Shown here piece by piece: positions 1 through 7,030 of a DNA stretch of 32,000 bases. The position numbers and the translations under genes were made by a program. This DNA is from Gemmata obscuriglobus (GTDB lineage Bacteria > Planctomycetota > Planctomycetia > Gemmatales > Gemmataceae): positions 2,790,001 through 2,822,000 of the forward strand of contig NZ_CP042911.1 in the NCBI RefSeq assembly GCF_008065095.1, in the 5' to 3' direction. Below the pieces are notes generated by a model. It was given only the letters and a program-made list of their open reading frames with translations, did not search any database and was not told the origin of the DNA. Each line of letters starts with the position of its first letter. Within the stretch, counting starts at the first letter, position 1.

Positions 1-615
1 CGCGTGTTCGAGGTTGGTGCCGTTCACGCTCAGCACCAGTTCGGCGCCTTCGTTCAGGGCCGCGGTCACCTCGTCGGGGTTGAAGCTATCGATGGAAACG
101 CGAAAGCCGTCGGCCCGGAGCGCTCGCACCGCGGCGCCGACCCCGTCCCAGGTCGGCCCGGGGTCGCACCCGAGGTCGATCAGGTCGGACCCGCTGGCGC
201 GGTAGCGCCGCGCCTCGCGGAGTATCGTTTCGAGCGGTTTGCGCGGGGCGTGGTTGATCTCGGCGAGGATCTCGATGTCGTACCGGCCGTAATCGACGGG
301 CCGCGCCTTTTTGCCGAAGAACTCCGGGAGGTCGCGCAAATCCGCCGGCCCGCGCTCGGCGGGCGCGCCGGCCGCGCGCGAGACCTCCTCCACTTCGCCG
401 CGGCAGAACCCGGGCAAAATGACGCGCTGGATCTGTTCGGGCAACGGGGGAAGGTGTCGAGACACCCAGTTGGTGGTCATCAGGGCCGCGACGGTGATGG
501 GCAGCACCGCGATGTGCGGCTCGAAGCCCCCCCGCGGCGCCAGTTCCGCCAAGGTGCGGCGGAGCGACGGCTCCGCGAGCTTCCCGGTGATGAACAGGAC
601 GCGCGGCGGGCTCAT
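1..615 (-). CDS. Dihydropteroate-synthase-like pterin-binding protein (DUF6513-like N-terminus followed by the start of a Pterin_bind domain). Only the 5' part is present; the gene runs off the left edge.
   Basis: Not in the ORF track because there is no stop in the window. My own minus-strand translation from ATG 615-613 stays open to position 1: MSPPRVLFITGKLAEPSLRRTLAELAPRGGFEPHIAVLPITVAALMTTNWVSRHL...YDIEILAEINHAPRKPLETILREARRYRASGSDLIDLGCDPGPTWDGVGAAVRALRADGFRVSIDSFNPDEVTAALNEGAELVLSVNGTNLEHA. 'SDLIDLGcdPG' and 'VSIDSF..eV..AL..GA.lvLSVN' resemble DHPS/pterin-binding barrel motifs. The ATG overlaps the TGA of the upstream GT2 gene (ATGA at 612-615). Confidence 0.72.
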   Translation of the reverse strand, partial: MSPPRVLFITGKLAEPSLRRTLAELAPRGGFEPHIAVLPITVAALMTTNWVSRHLPPLPEQIQRVILPGFCRGEVEEVSRAAGAPAERGPADLRDLPEFFGKKARPVDYGRYDIEILAEINHAPRKPLETILREARRYRASGSDLIDLGCDPGPTWDGVGAAVRALRADGFRVSIDSFNPDEVTAALNEGAELVLSVNGTNLEHA

Positions 616-1493
616 GGCGTGGGAACGGTCGAGCCGGCGTCCAGCGCCGGCTCCGGTTGTGCGGGCGGCTCCGGCGGGCTCGGTTGCGGCTCCGGCGGGA
701 ACGCAAACGCCGGGTTCCGGAACACCTTCGCGCGGTCCGCGGACACCGGCCCCAGCGGCGGGTGCGGCTCGCTCTTCGGCGTGAGCGGCACCTCGTCCAT
801 GATGCTCGTGAGGAACGTCGCCTTCGCGACCAGTTCGGCGTGGACGAAATCGCCGTCGGATTGAATCGGGAACCGCTTCAGGAACGTGGTGCGGTACAGT
901 TTGAACGCGCTGTTGATGTCCGCGAGAGGCACCCCGAACACCCAACCTACTCGAGTGCGGTACCACCACTCGCCCCACCCGTACCACGGCGGGGCGTCGT
1001 TCATCGGCAGCCCGGCGAACACGCGCCAGAACAGCTTCCACGTCCAGCCGAGCCACTTCATAACGGCTGGTCGGGGTGAGCCGGCCCGGGCCCCGCTGAT
1101 GAGGTCGGGTTGCTTGCCGAAAATCTCGTCGCGCAGCTCGACCCGCTCCAACATGGGCCGGATGTCACTCGGCGTGTACTGCGCGTCGGTGCCGGTGTAC
1201 AGGAGCAGCGGCTGGGTGGTTTCGGCCAGCGCGGTACGAAGGCAGGCGCCGAAGCCGCGCCGCGTGTCGTGCGCGAGCGCCCGGAAGTGCTGCACCTTGC
1301 CTGCGAGCTTTTGGAGCACCGCCGCGGTTTCGTCCGTGCTGCCGTCGTTCACGACGAGGATCTGGAACGGCCGGTTGAGCGTCCCGAGCAGTTGGCCCCA
1401 CGCGGGCAGCGCCTTTTCGAGCTGCGCGGCCACGTTGTGAGCCGGGATCACGACGGTGACGCCGTCGCGCTGGGGTGCTGCGGTCTTGGCCAT
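612..1493 (-). CDS. Family 2 glycosyltransferase (polyprenyl-phosphate sugar transferase-like, ArnC/DPM1 type)
   Basis: ORF track 612..1592, trimmed to ATG 1493 (MAKTAAPQRDGVTVVIPAHN...), which lies 28 nt downstream of the GT-C stop at 1522. GT-A fold motifs are VVIPAHN, ILVVNDGSTDET and YTGTDAQ. It has a Trp-rich insert (WYGWGEWWYRTRVGW) and a Pro-rich C-terminal tail. Confidence 0.85.
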   Translation of the reverse strand: MAKTAAPQRDGVTVVIPAHNVAAQLEKALPAWGQLLGTLNRPFQILVVNDGSTDETAAVLQKLAGKVQHFRALAHDTRRGFGACLRTALAETTQPLLLYTGTDAQYTPSDIRPMLERVELRDEIFGKQPDLISGARAGSPRPAVMKWLGWTWKLFWRVFAGLPMNDAPPWYGWGEWWYRTRVGWVFGVPLADINSAFKLYRTTFLKRFPIQSDGDFVHAELVAKATFLTSIMDEVPLTPKSEPHPPLGPVSADRAKVFRNPAFAFPPEPQPSPPEPPAQPEPALDAGSTVPTP

Positions 1494-1521
1494 AGGGGAA
1501 CGCGGGTCGGTGGTGCCGGCG

Positions 1522-3099
1522 TCACTCCGCGGTGCGGAGGCACACCAGCGGGCGGGGCGGTCGAGCCGAAGTGAGGTCCGCCAGGGATGCAACCACCACC
1601 AGCTTGCGGCCGGTGATGCGCTCGGCGTCCGGGACCCATTCCGGCGGCATCACGACCACGCGCGGGCCGGTCGCGAGCGCCTCCTTCAGTTCACCCCACT
1701 CCACCAGAGTATGTAGCGGCGCACCGAGATGGAAGGCAAGCAAATGCGACTCGGTCCGAAACAGCAACACCTCCTCGGGCTTCGGAGCCACCGACCGGAC
1801 GGCCGCCGCGAACGGCCGCTTCTCCTGTCGCGCCGCCTCGGCGGGTTCGACAACGAACCACATCACCGGCCACGCGCCCACGCCGGCCGCAGTCAAAAGC
1901 ACGAACGCGCCGCGTGCGAGCCGCGCCACCCGCCCACCGGTACGGGGCGCGAGCCACCGTTCGGCCGCACAGCCGACCACGAGCGCCGCCCCGGGGAACG
2001 CCGGCAACAGGTAATCGGCCCGCTTGAACCGCGCGGCGGACAGCACCGCGACCATGACAACGAGCCACACCACGCCGAACCGGAACGTGCAGTCCTTGTT
2101 CCACAAGCGCGAACACACGCTCCACACGCCTAGAGGCAAAAGTAGGAATGTGCCGGGTGCGAACGCGAGCGCGAACCGCGGGCCGTAGTACCACCACGGG
2201 TGAGACGCAAGAGCCTCCGACTCCCCCGTGAAGCGGGCCACGTTGTGATACCAGAAGAACACCCGAGCGAACTCGCCGTCGGTCGCGTGCTCGGCCCAGA
2301 CGAACCACGGCACGGCTACCGCGGCAACCGCACACACACCCAGCACCGCGAACCGCAGCGGCAGCCGGGGACGCTCACCGTGGGGGCAAACGAACCACTC
2401 GACCATCAGGAACGTGACCGCGGTGGTTCCGATCAGCGCGAGACCGACCGGCCCTTTCAGCAGCACCGCGAACCCGGCGGCCACCGCGGACAGAAGGAAC
2501 CAGCCCGGGTTCCGGGCGGCCTTCGGAAAGCCGTTGCAATCCGACTCGCGTCCCGCAAGCGAGTCGGCGCCCCGCACTTGCGTGCCTCGGTAGAAGGCGA
2601 GGAGCGACACCGTGACCGCACAGGTCAGCGGAACGTCGATGCGGGCCGTTCGCCCGATCGCGACGAAATGGTTTGCGGTCGCGAGCGTGACCGCCGCGAC
2701 CACGGCACCGGTGCCGTACCCTTCACGGCGGAGGAACCCATACACGAGCGCCGCACAACACACCGCGCTCAGCGCCGCGGGCAGCCGGGCGACCCACGGT
2801 GTCACCTCCCCGCCGTTCAGCGCGCCGGCGAGTGCCATCAGCCAATAGAACGCCGGCGGCTTCTGGAGATCACGTTGACCGTCGAGGAGCGTGGGCAACC
2901 CCCACTCGCCGGTGTCCAGCATCCGCTGTGCGTTCTGTGCCGCCCGCGCCTCATGGCTGCGGACCAGATCGTGTGCGTCGAGTTGAAAAAAGAACAACGC
3001 GAGGGGGAGAAATGGCCAGCACGCGCCGATCCGGGGCCAGAAGGCCCCGGGTGACCAAGCCCGCGAGCCCGAAACAGAAGCTGCCGGAAGTGCGCTCAT
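1522..3099 (-). CDS. ArnT/PMT-like GT-C membrane glycosyltransferase (GT83-type)
   Basis: A 525-aa polytopic membrane protein. The first-loop signature 'SHEARAAQNAQRMLDTGEWGLPTLLDGQRDLQKPPAFYWLMA' is typical of ArnT/PMT_2 family enzymes. It has many hydrophobic helices and a soluble C-terminal domain of about 120 aa. Start ATG 3099 overlaps the ABC gene stop (ATGA at 3096-3099). Confidence 0.85.
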   Translation of the reverse strand: MSALPAASVSGSRAWSPGAFWPRIGACWPFLPLALFFFQLDAHDLVRSHEARAAQNAQRMLDTGEWGLPTLLDGQRDLQKPPAFYWLMALAGALNGGEVTPWVARLPAALSAVCCAALVYGFLRREGYGTGAVVAAVTLATANHFVAIGRTARIDVPLTCAVTVSLLAFYRGTQVRGADSLAGRESDCNGFPKAARNPGWFLLSAVAAGFAVLLKGPVGLALIGTTAVTFLMVEWFVCPHGERPRLPLRFAVLGVCAVAAVAVPWFVWAEHATDGEFARVFFWYHNVARFTGESEALASHPWWYYGPRFALAFAPGTFLLLPLGVWSVCSRLWNKDCTFRFGVVWLVVMVAVLSAARFKRADYLLPAFPGAALVVGCAAERWLAPRTGGRVARLARGAFVLLTAAGVGAWPVMWFVVEPAEAARQEKRPFAAAVRSVAPKPEEVLLFRTESHLLAFHLGAPLHTLVEWGELKEALATGPRVVVMPPEWVPDAERITGRKLVVVASLADLTSARPPRPLVCLRTAE

Positions 3100-5150
3100 G
3101 CCGCGTCGCGGGTCTGTTCGGACAGCGGCCGGCGCACATGCCCGGACTCACACAGCCGGCGATACGGCTCGCACCGCGCGTACAACTCCGCGTGCGTGCC
3201 TACGTCCAGCACCCGCCCCGCGTCCATCATCGCGACCCGGTCGGCCAGGTCCGGGATCGTGTGCATCTTATGGGTGATCAGGAACGTCGTGCGGCCCCGG
3301 GCGAATTCCTTGATCGCCGCATGGATGTCGGCCTCGCTCTGCTGATCCACGGCACTCGTGAACTCGTCGAGGATGAGAATTTGTGGGTTGCTAAGGATCG
3401 CGCGTGCGAGCGCAATCTTCTGACGCTGTCCGCCGGAGAACTTGGCCCCGACCTCGCCCAGCAGCGCGTCGTACCCGCCCGGTGTCGCCAGGATGAAGCC
3501 GTGCGCGTCGGCCTTCTTGGCGGCCTCGATCACCTGTTCGAGCGTTGCCCCGCGCTTCCCATAGGCGATGTTGGCGAACACCGTGTCGTCGAACAGTTGC
3601 GTGTCTTGCGTGACGACGCCGATGAGCTTACGCAGTGACCGCAGGTGCGCGGTACGAAGGTTAACGCCGTCGATCAGCACCGCGCCGGAGTCCGGGTCGA
3701 AGAACCGCGGCAGCAGCGCAAGGAGCGTGGTCTTGCCGCACCCGTTCCCGCCGACCAACGCGATCGTTTCGCCGGCCTTCACCGTGAGCGTCACGTTGTC
3801 AAGCGTCGGTTGCTCGGCGGTCGGGTTGTACGCGAAGCACACGTGCCGGAACTCGATCTGCTTCTGCACGCCGGTGAGTCGCGGTCCGTCCCAGTTGCCG
3901 CGCACGGTCGGCTCGCGGTCGTACAGCTCGAATATGCGTGCCGCCGCAGCTTCCGCGGACTGCATCTTGGTGTACACGCTGGACAGCTTCCGCACCGGGT
4001 CCGCGATCGCCGCCAGGAACACGTAGAACTGGATCAGCGTCTCCGGGCTGAGCGGCTGCGAGCACATCGTGAAGATCCATATCTTGGTGCCCTGGGTGAG
4101 CACTAGGTAAATGCCCGCGCCCAGCGCGACGGCGACCGCCAAAATCGTGAGCACCTCGATCGCCGGGTTGGTGAACGCGTCGATGTTTACCAGCCGGAGC
4201 GACTTGCGGAAAAACTCGGCGTTCGCCATCCGGAACCGCCGCCGCTCGTGCGCCTCGCGGGTGAACCCCTTTACCACCCGGATGCCGCTGAACGCCTCGT
4301 TGAGGATCTTGTACATGGCGGACATGCGCTGGAGCGCCTTCTTGGCCGCCTTGCGCATCGCCTTACTCACCCGCGCCAGCACGTACATCGCGAGCGGCAC
4401 CACGACCACGAACGCGATCGTGAGCTGCCAGGAGATGATGCACGCGGCGATGAAGCAGGTGAGGGCCTTCAGCGGCTCGGCGACGACCCGCCCGTAAAGG
4501 ACCTTCAAACCGCCGCCGACCTGCTCGGTGTCGTTGGTGAACCGAGCCATCAGCTCGTTGGTCCCCGCCGCCGAGAGCTGGCGCACGTCCTGGCGCACCA
4601 TACGCCGGAAGAACGCGTTGCGGAGGTCGAAGAGGGTGCGGTGGGAGACCCACCCGACGAGCGCCTCGTGCGTGAACTCGAACCCGCCCTTGATGACCAC
4701 GCAGACGAGCACCGACGCAATGATGCACAGGAACGTTTGGAACGCGTCCTGGGGGAGCTGGTAGATCACCTTATCACGGAGCCACCGGTAACCGACGGCT
4801 TGGGCGGCGTGGTAGTTCTGGGCGTCGGTTTCTTCGGCGAGGCTGCGGGACCAGTTCCGTTTGGCTTTTTCGCTCTCGGCAGTGCTCGGCTGCTGAGCCA
4901 GGTTGGCCAAATCGACGTTCAGCTTGTCTACCTTACGGGCGAATTCGGCGCGGAGCCGCTCTTGCTCCCCGATCTCCGCGTCCACCCACTGGTGCAGGGT
5001 CTGCCCGCTCTTGAGTAGTTTGAGGATCGGGAACAGCGCGCCGAGGTTCACGCTCCAGAGTACCGCGACCACCAGCGCGCACACGATCGACGTGACCAAC
5101 CGCCACCGGTACGGCCACGAGAACCACACGCTCCGCCGGAAGTTCCGCAT
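3096..5150 (-). CDS. ABC exporter, fused permease + ATPase (MsbA/ABCB-like)
   Basis: ORF track 3096..5168. I prefer ATG 5150, preceded by GGGAGAG about 8 nt upstream, over GTG 5168. Walker A is GGNGCGKTT, the signature is FSGGQRQKIALARA and Walker B is ILILDEFTSAVD, following a six-helix-type TMD. A roughly 90-aa charged insert lies between TM1 and TM2. Confidence 0.9.
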   Translation of the reverse strand: MRNFRRSVWFSWPYRWRLVTSIVCALVVAVLWSVNLGALFPILKLLKSGQTLHQWVDAEIGEQERLRAEFARKVDKLNVDLANLAQQPSTAESEKAKRNWSRSLAEETDAQNYHAAQAVGYRWLRDKVIYQLPQDAFQTFLCIIASVLVCVVIKGGFEFTHEALVGWVSHRTLFDLRNAFFRRMVRQDVRQLSAAGTNELMARFTNDTEQVGGGLKVLYGRVVAEPLKALTCFIAACIISWQLTIAFVVVVPLAMYVLARVSKAMRKAAKKALQRMSAMYKILNEAFSGIRVVKGFTREAHERRRFRMANAEFFRKSLRLVNIDAFTNPAIEVLTILAVAVALGAGIYLVLTQGTKIWIFTMCSQPLSPETLIQFYVFLAAIADPVRKLSSVYTKMQSAEAAAARIFELYDREPTVRGNWDGPRLTGVQKQIEFRHVCFAYNPTAEQPTLDNVTLTVKAGETIALVGGNGCGKTTLLALLPRFFDPDSGAVLIDGVNLRTAHLRSLRKLIGVVTQDTQLFDDTVFANIAYGKRGATLEQVIEAAKKADAHGFILATPGGYDALLGEVGAKFSGGQRQKIALARAILSNPQILILDEFTSAVDQQSEADIHAAIKEFARGRTTFLITHKMHTIPDLADRVAMMDAGRVLDVGTHAELYARCEPYRRLCESGHVRRPLSEQTRDAA

Positions 5151-5363
5151 CGTTTGCCGCTCTCCCACCGTTCCGAAGCACTCGATGTTTGAAGGGCGGC
5201 GTTATAACCTCCCCGGCCGCGCCGAACAAGCCGGCTTGCCTCGTTCACAACGGCGGTCTCAGATTTCGGGTTTCCACCGGCCGAGCTGATGACGCACAAT
5301 AGAAGCACCATTTAGACCAACCGCGCGTGCCTCGGTCGCCGATCCATCCCGGAATTCGGAAAC

Positions 5364-6344
5364 TTGGAACCCGGAGATTCAATACGCGGCTGGCTCGGCC
5401 TTCCACCCGGACCATGGCCGCCGGACCACTACGCGCTGCTCGGGTTCGCTCCAGGGGAAGGGGACCTGGGTGAGATCGAGCAGCGCGTGCTGGACCGCAT
5501 GGAACTGCTACGGCCTCACCAGATCCGCCATCCCGAGGTGGTAACCGAGGGCATGAACCGCCTGGCTCAAGCGCTGGTGTGCCTGACCGATCCGCTCACC
5601 CGCGCCGCTTACGACCGGCACCTGGGCATCGCGCCGGCGCCGTTCGAGGTTATCGACGACGAGCCGATCGAGCGGGTTTCAGGCCCCGCGCCGCGCCCAG
5701 CAGCCCGGCAACAGAACCTGCCTTACGAGGTCATCGAAACGGACGAGCCGCCGTATGAGGTCTTACCGGATTCGACGGACGACCGGGCGGCTGCGGAGCC
5801 GGTCATACTGGTATCGTCCGTAGTCTCGTCCGCACGGCCGCGACGGCAGCAAAAGCCCGCCAAGTTGAAGCGGCGGACGGTCTACCGTCGGCTTGCGGCC
5901 CTCCGCCGGGCGTGCCGCGCGTGGGAGGGGCTTCGCCCGGTCTTCGGCACCCCCGGCGAGCCGCTCGCGACGCCGGTCGCGGTGTTCGAATTTCTTCAGG
6001 CGATCACGGACGCACGAGCTGCGTTTCCCGGTGCGTCATTCGTGCTGGGTCCTGCCCCGCAACCGGGGGGGCTGGTGCTCGTTCTCGTGCGGGTGGCATC
6101 AGTGCTCGGCACTGTCCGCGGCCTGCTCCCGTCACAGCGCAAGGCCGTCGCCCACGACTGGCACCGTGGCTATACGCTACTCCAGCACGAGCTCGCCGCC
6201 CTCCGAAACCTCGCACGGCGGCCGAGCCGCGGTCGCAACTGCATGGCACAACTTGGGCGACTGTTGCTGGCGGTGCCGGAACTGGTGCTGGTGCTACTGG
6301 CCGCCCTGCTGCTCCTCCGCACCGTCGTCTTACGGCACCACTAG
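5364..6344 (+). CDS. Hypothetical membrane-anchored protein with a degenerate J-domain-like N-terminus
   Basis: ORF track, TTG start. 'DHYALLGFAPGEGDLGEIEQRVLDRMELLRPHQIRHPEVVTEGMNRLAQALVCLTDPLTRAAYDRHLG' has a DnaJ J-domain layout but reads HPE where HPD is expected. There are three P[FY]EV[IL] acidic motifs and a C-terminal hydrophobic helix LLLAVPELVLVLLAALLLL. GC3 bias is coding-like. Confidence 0.55.
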   Translation: MEPGDSIRGWLGLPPGPWPPDHYALLGFAPGEGDLGEIEQRVLDRMELLRPHQIRHPEVVTEGMNRLAQALVCLTDPLTRAAYDRHLGIAPAPFEVIDDEPIERVSGPAPRPAARQQNLPYEVIETDEPPYEVLPDSTDDRAAAEPVILVSSVVSSARPRRQQKPAKLKRRTVYRRLAALRRACRAWEGLRPVFGTPGEPLATPVAVFEFLQAITDARAAFPGASFVLGPAPQPGGLVLVLVRVASVLGTVRGLLPSQRKAVAHDWHRGYTLLQHELAALRNLARRPSRGRNCMAQLGRLLLAVPELVLVLLAALLLLRTVVLRHH

Positions 6345-6356
6345 CGACCTATTTCC

Positions 6357-6385
6357 TTGACGCGACTCTGTGCGCTGTCTAGACT
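6357..6385 (+). promoter_or_regulatory. Candidate sigma70-like promoter upstream of the HU/IHF gene
   Basis: TTGACG (6357-6362), a 17-nt spacer, then TAGACT (6380-6385), about 54 nt upstream of GTG 6439. This is a pattern match only, and planctomycete promoter consensus is poorly defined. Confidence 0.25.
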
Positions 6386-6438
6386 TAGGACAGTTCCCGC
6401 TTGACGAAAACGGGTCGATCCACCGAGGGGCACCGCTC

Positions 6439-6942
6439 GTGACCAAGAAAGAAATCGTCAAGACGATCTGCGACCGAGCCAACAAGAAAAACCTGATTCC
6501 GAAGCACAACCTGACCCAACTGGCCACCAAAGAAATCGTCCAGTGGACCTTCGAAGCGATCATCGAGACGCTCGTATCGGAGGGGCGAATCGAGCTTCGC
6601 AATTTCGGTGTTTTCGAAGTGAAGCAGCGTAAGCCGCGTAAGGCGCGAAACCCACGCACCGGTGCCGCTGTCGAAGTTGAGGCGAAGAACGTGGTGACGT
6701 TCCAGCCCGGCAAGACCATGGAAGAGCAGGTCAAGAAGTCCGCAAAGGTTGCGGAAGTTAAGAAGAAGAAGCCGCGCAAGCCAAAAGCCGAAAAGGCCCC
6801 AAAGCTCGCTGAGCGGTCGCCCGCGCAAACGGCGCCGTCCGCGAACGGCAGCGCGACTCCGACCGAGATCACTGGGAGCGTACCCGCATCCGTATCGGTC
6901 GAAAAAGAGCCGGTCACTACCGACGTTCCAGCCGCGACTTGA
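6439..6942 (+). CDS. HU/IHF-family DNA-binding protein with a Lys/Pro/Ala-rich C-terminal extension
   Basis: ORF track 6370..6942, trimmed to GTG 6439 ([10 protein letters not shown]...). The core '[50 protein letters not shown]' is the HU/IHF beta-arm signature. The tail reads [32 protein letters not shown]... Confidence 0.85.
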   Translation: MTKKEIVKTICDRANKKNLIPKHNLTQLATKEIVQWTFEAIIETLVSEGRIELRNFGVFEVKQRKPRKARNPRTGAAVEVEAKNVVTFQPGKTMEEQVKKSAKVAEVKKKKPRKPKAEKAPKLAERSPAQTAPSANGSATPTEITGSVPASVSVEKEPVTTDVPAAT

Positions 6943-6987
6943 GCATATCGGGAGTATCGGCTCCCAACACGCCCAACCACTGAACTC

Positions 6988-7027
6988 GGGTCGAGCGGTT
7001 GCCGTAGCATCCGCCCGACCCGTTTTC
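6988..7027 (+). terminator. Probable intrinsic terminator of the HU/IHF gene
   Basis: The stem gggtcgagcgg (6988-6998) pairs with ccgcccgaccc (7011-7021), giving 11 bp with one A.C mismatch and a 12-nt loop. It is followed by gttttc (7022-7027) and sits in the convergent gap before the typA stop at 7031. Confidence 0.5.
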
Positions 7028-7030
7028 ACA

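Noticed and set aside
4-864. 286-aa plus-strand ORF and other ORFs overlapping the window start (14..205, 86..706, 311..784)
   Set aside because: They run antisense or out of frame to the DHPS-like and GT2 genes, which have clear family motifs. Their composition is Arg/Gly/Ala/Pro-dominated, as expected for spurious ORFs in high-GC DNA.
5227-5238. Perfect 12-bp palindrome CAAGCCGGCTTG in the divergent region between the ABC operon and the J-like gene
   Set aside because: Ignoring composition, roughly 32000 x 4^-6, or about 8 perfect 12-bp palindromes, are expected in a window this size. On its own it is not significant.
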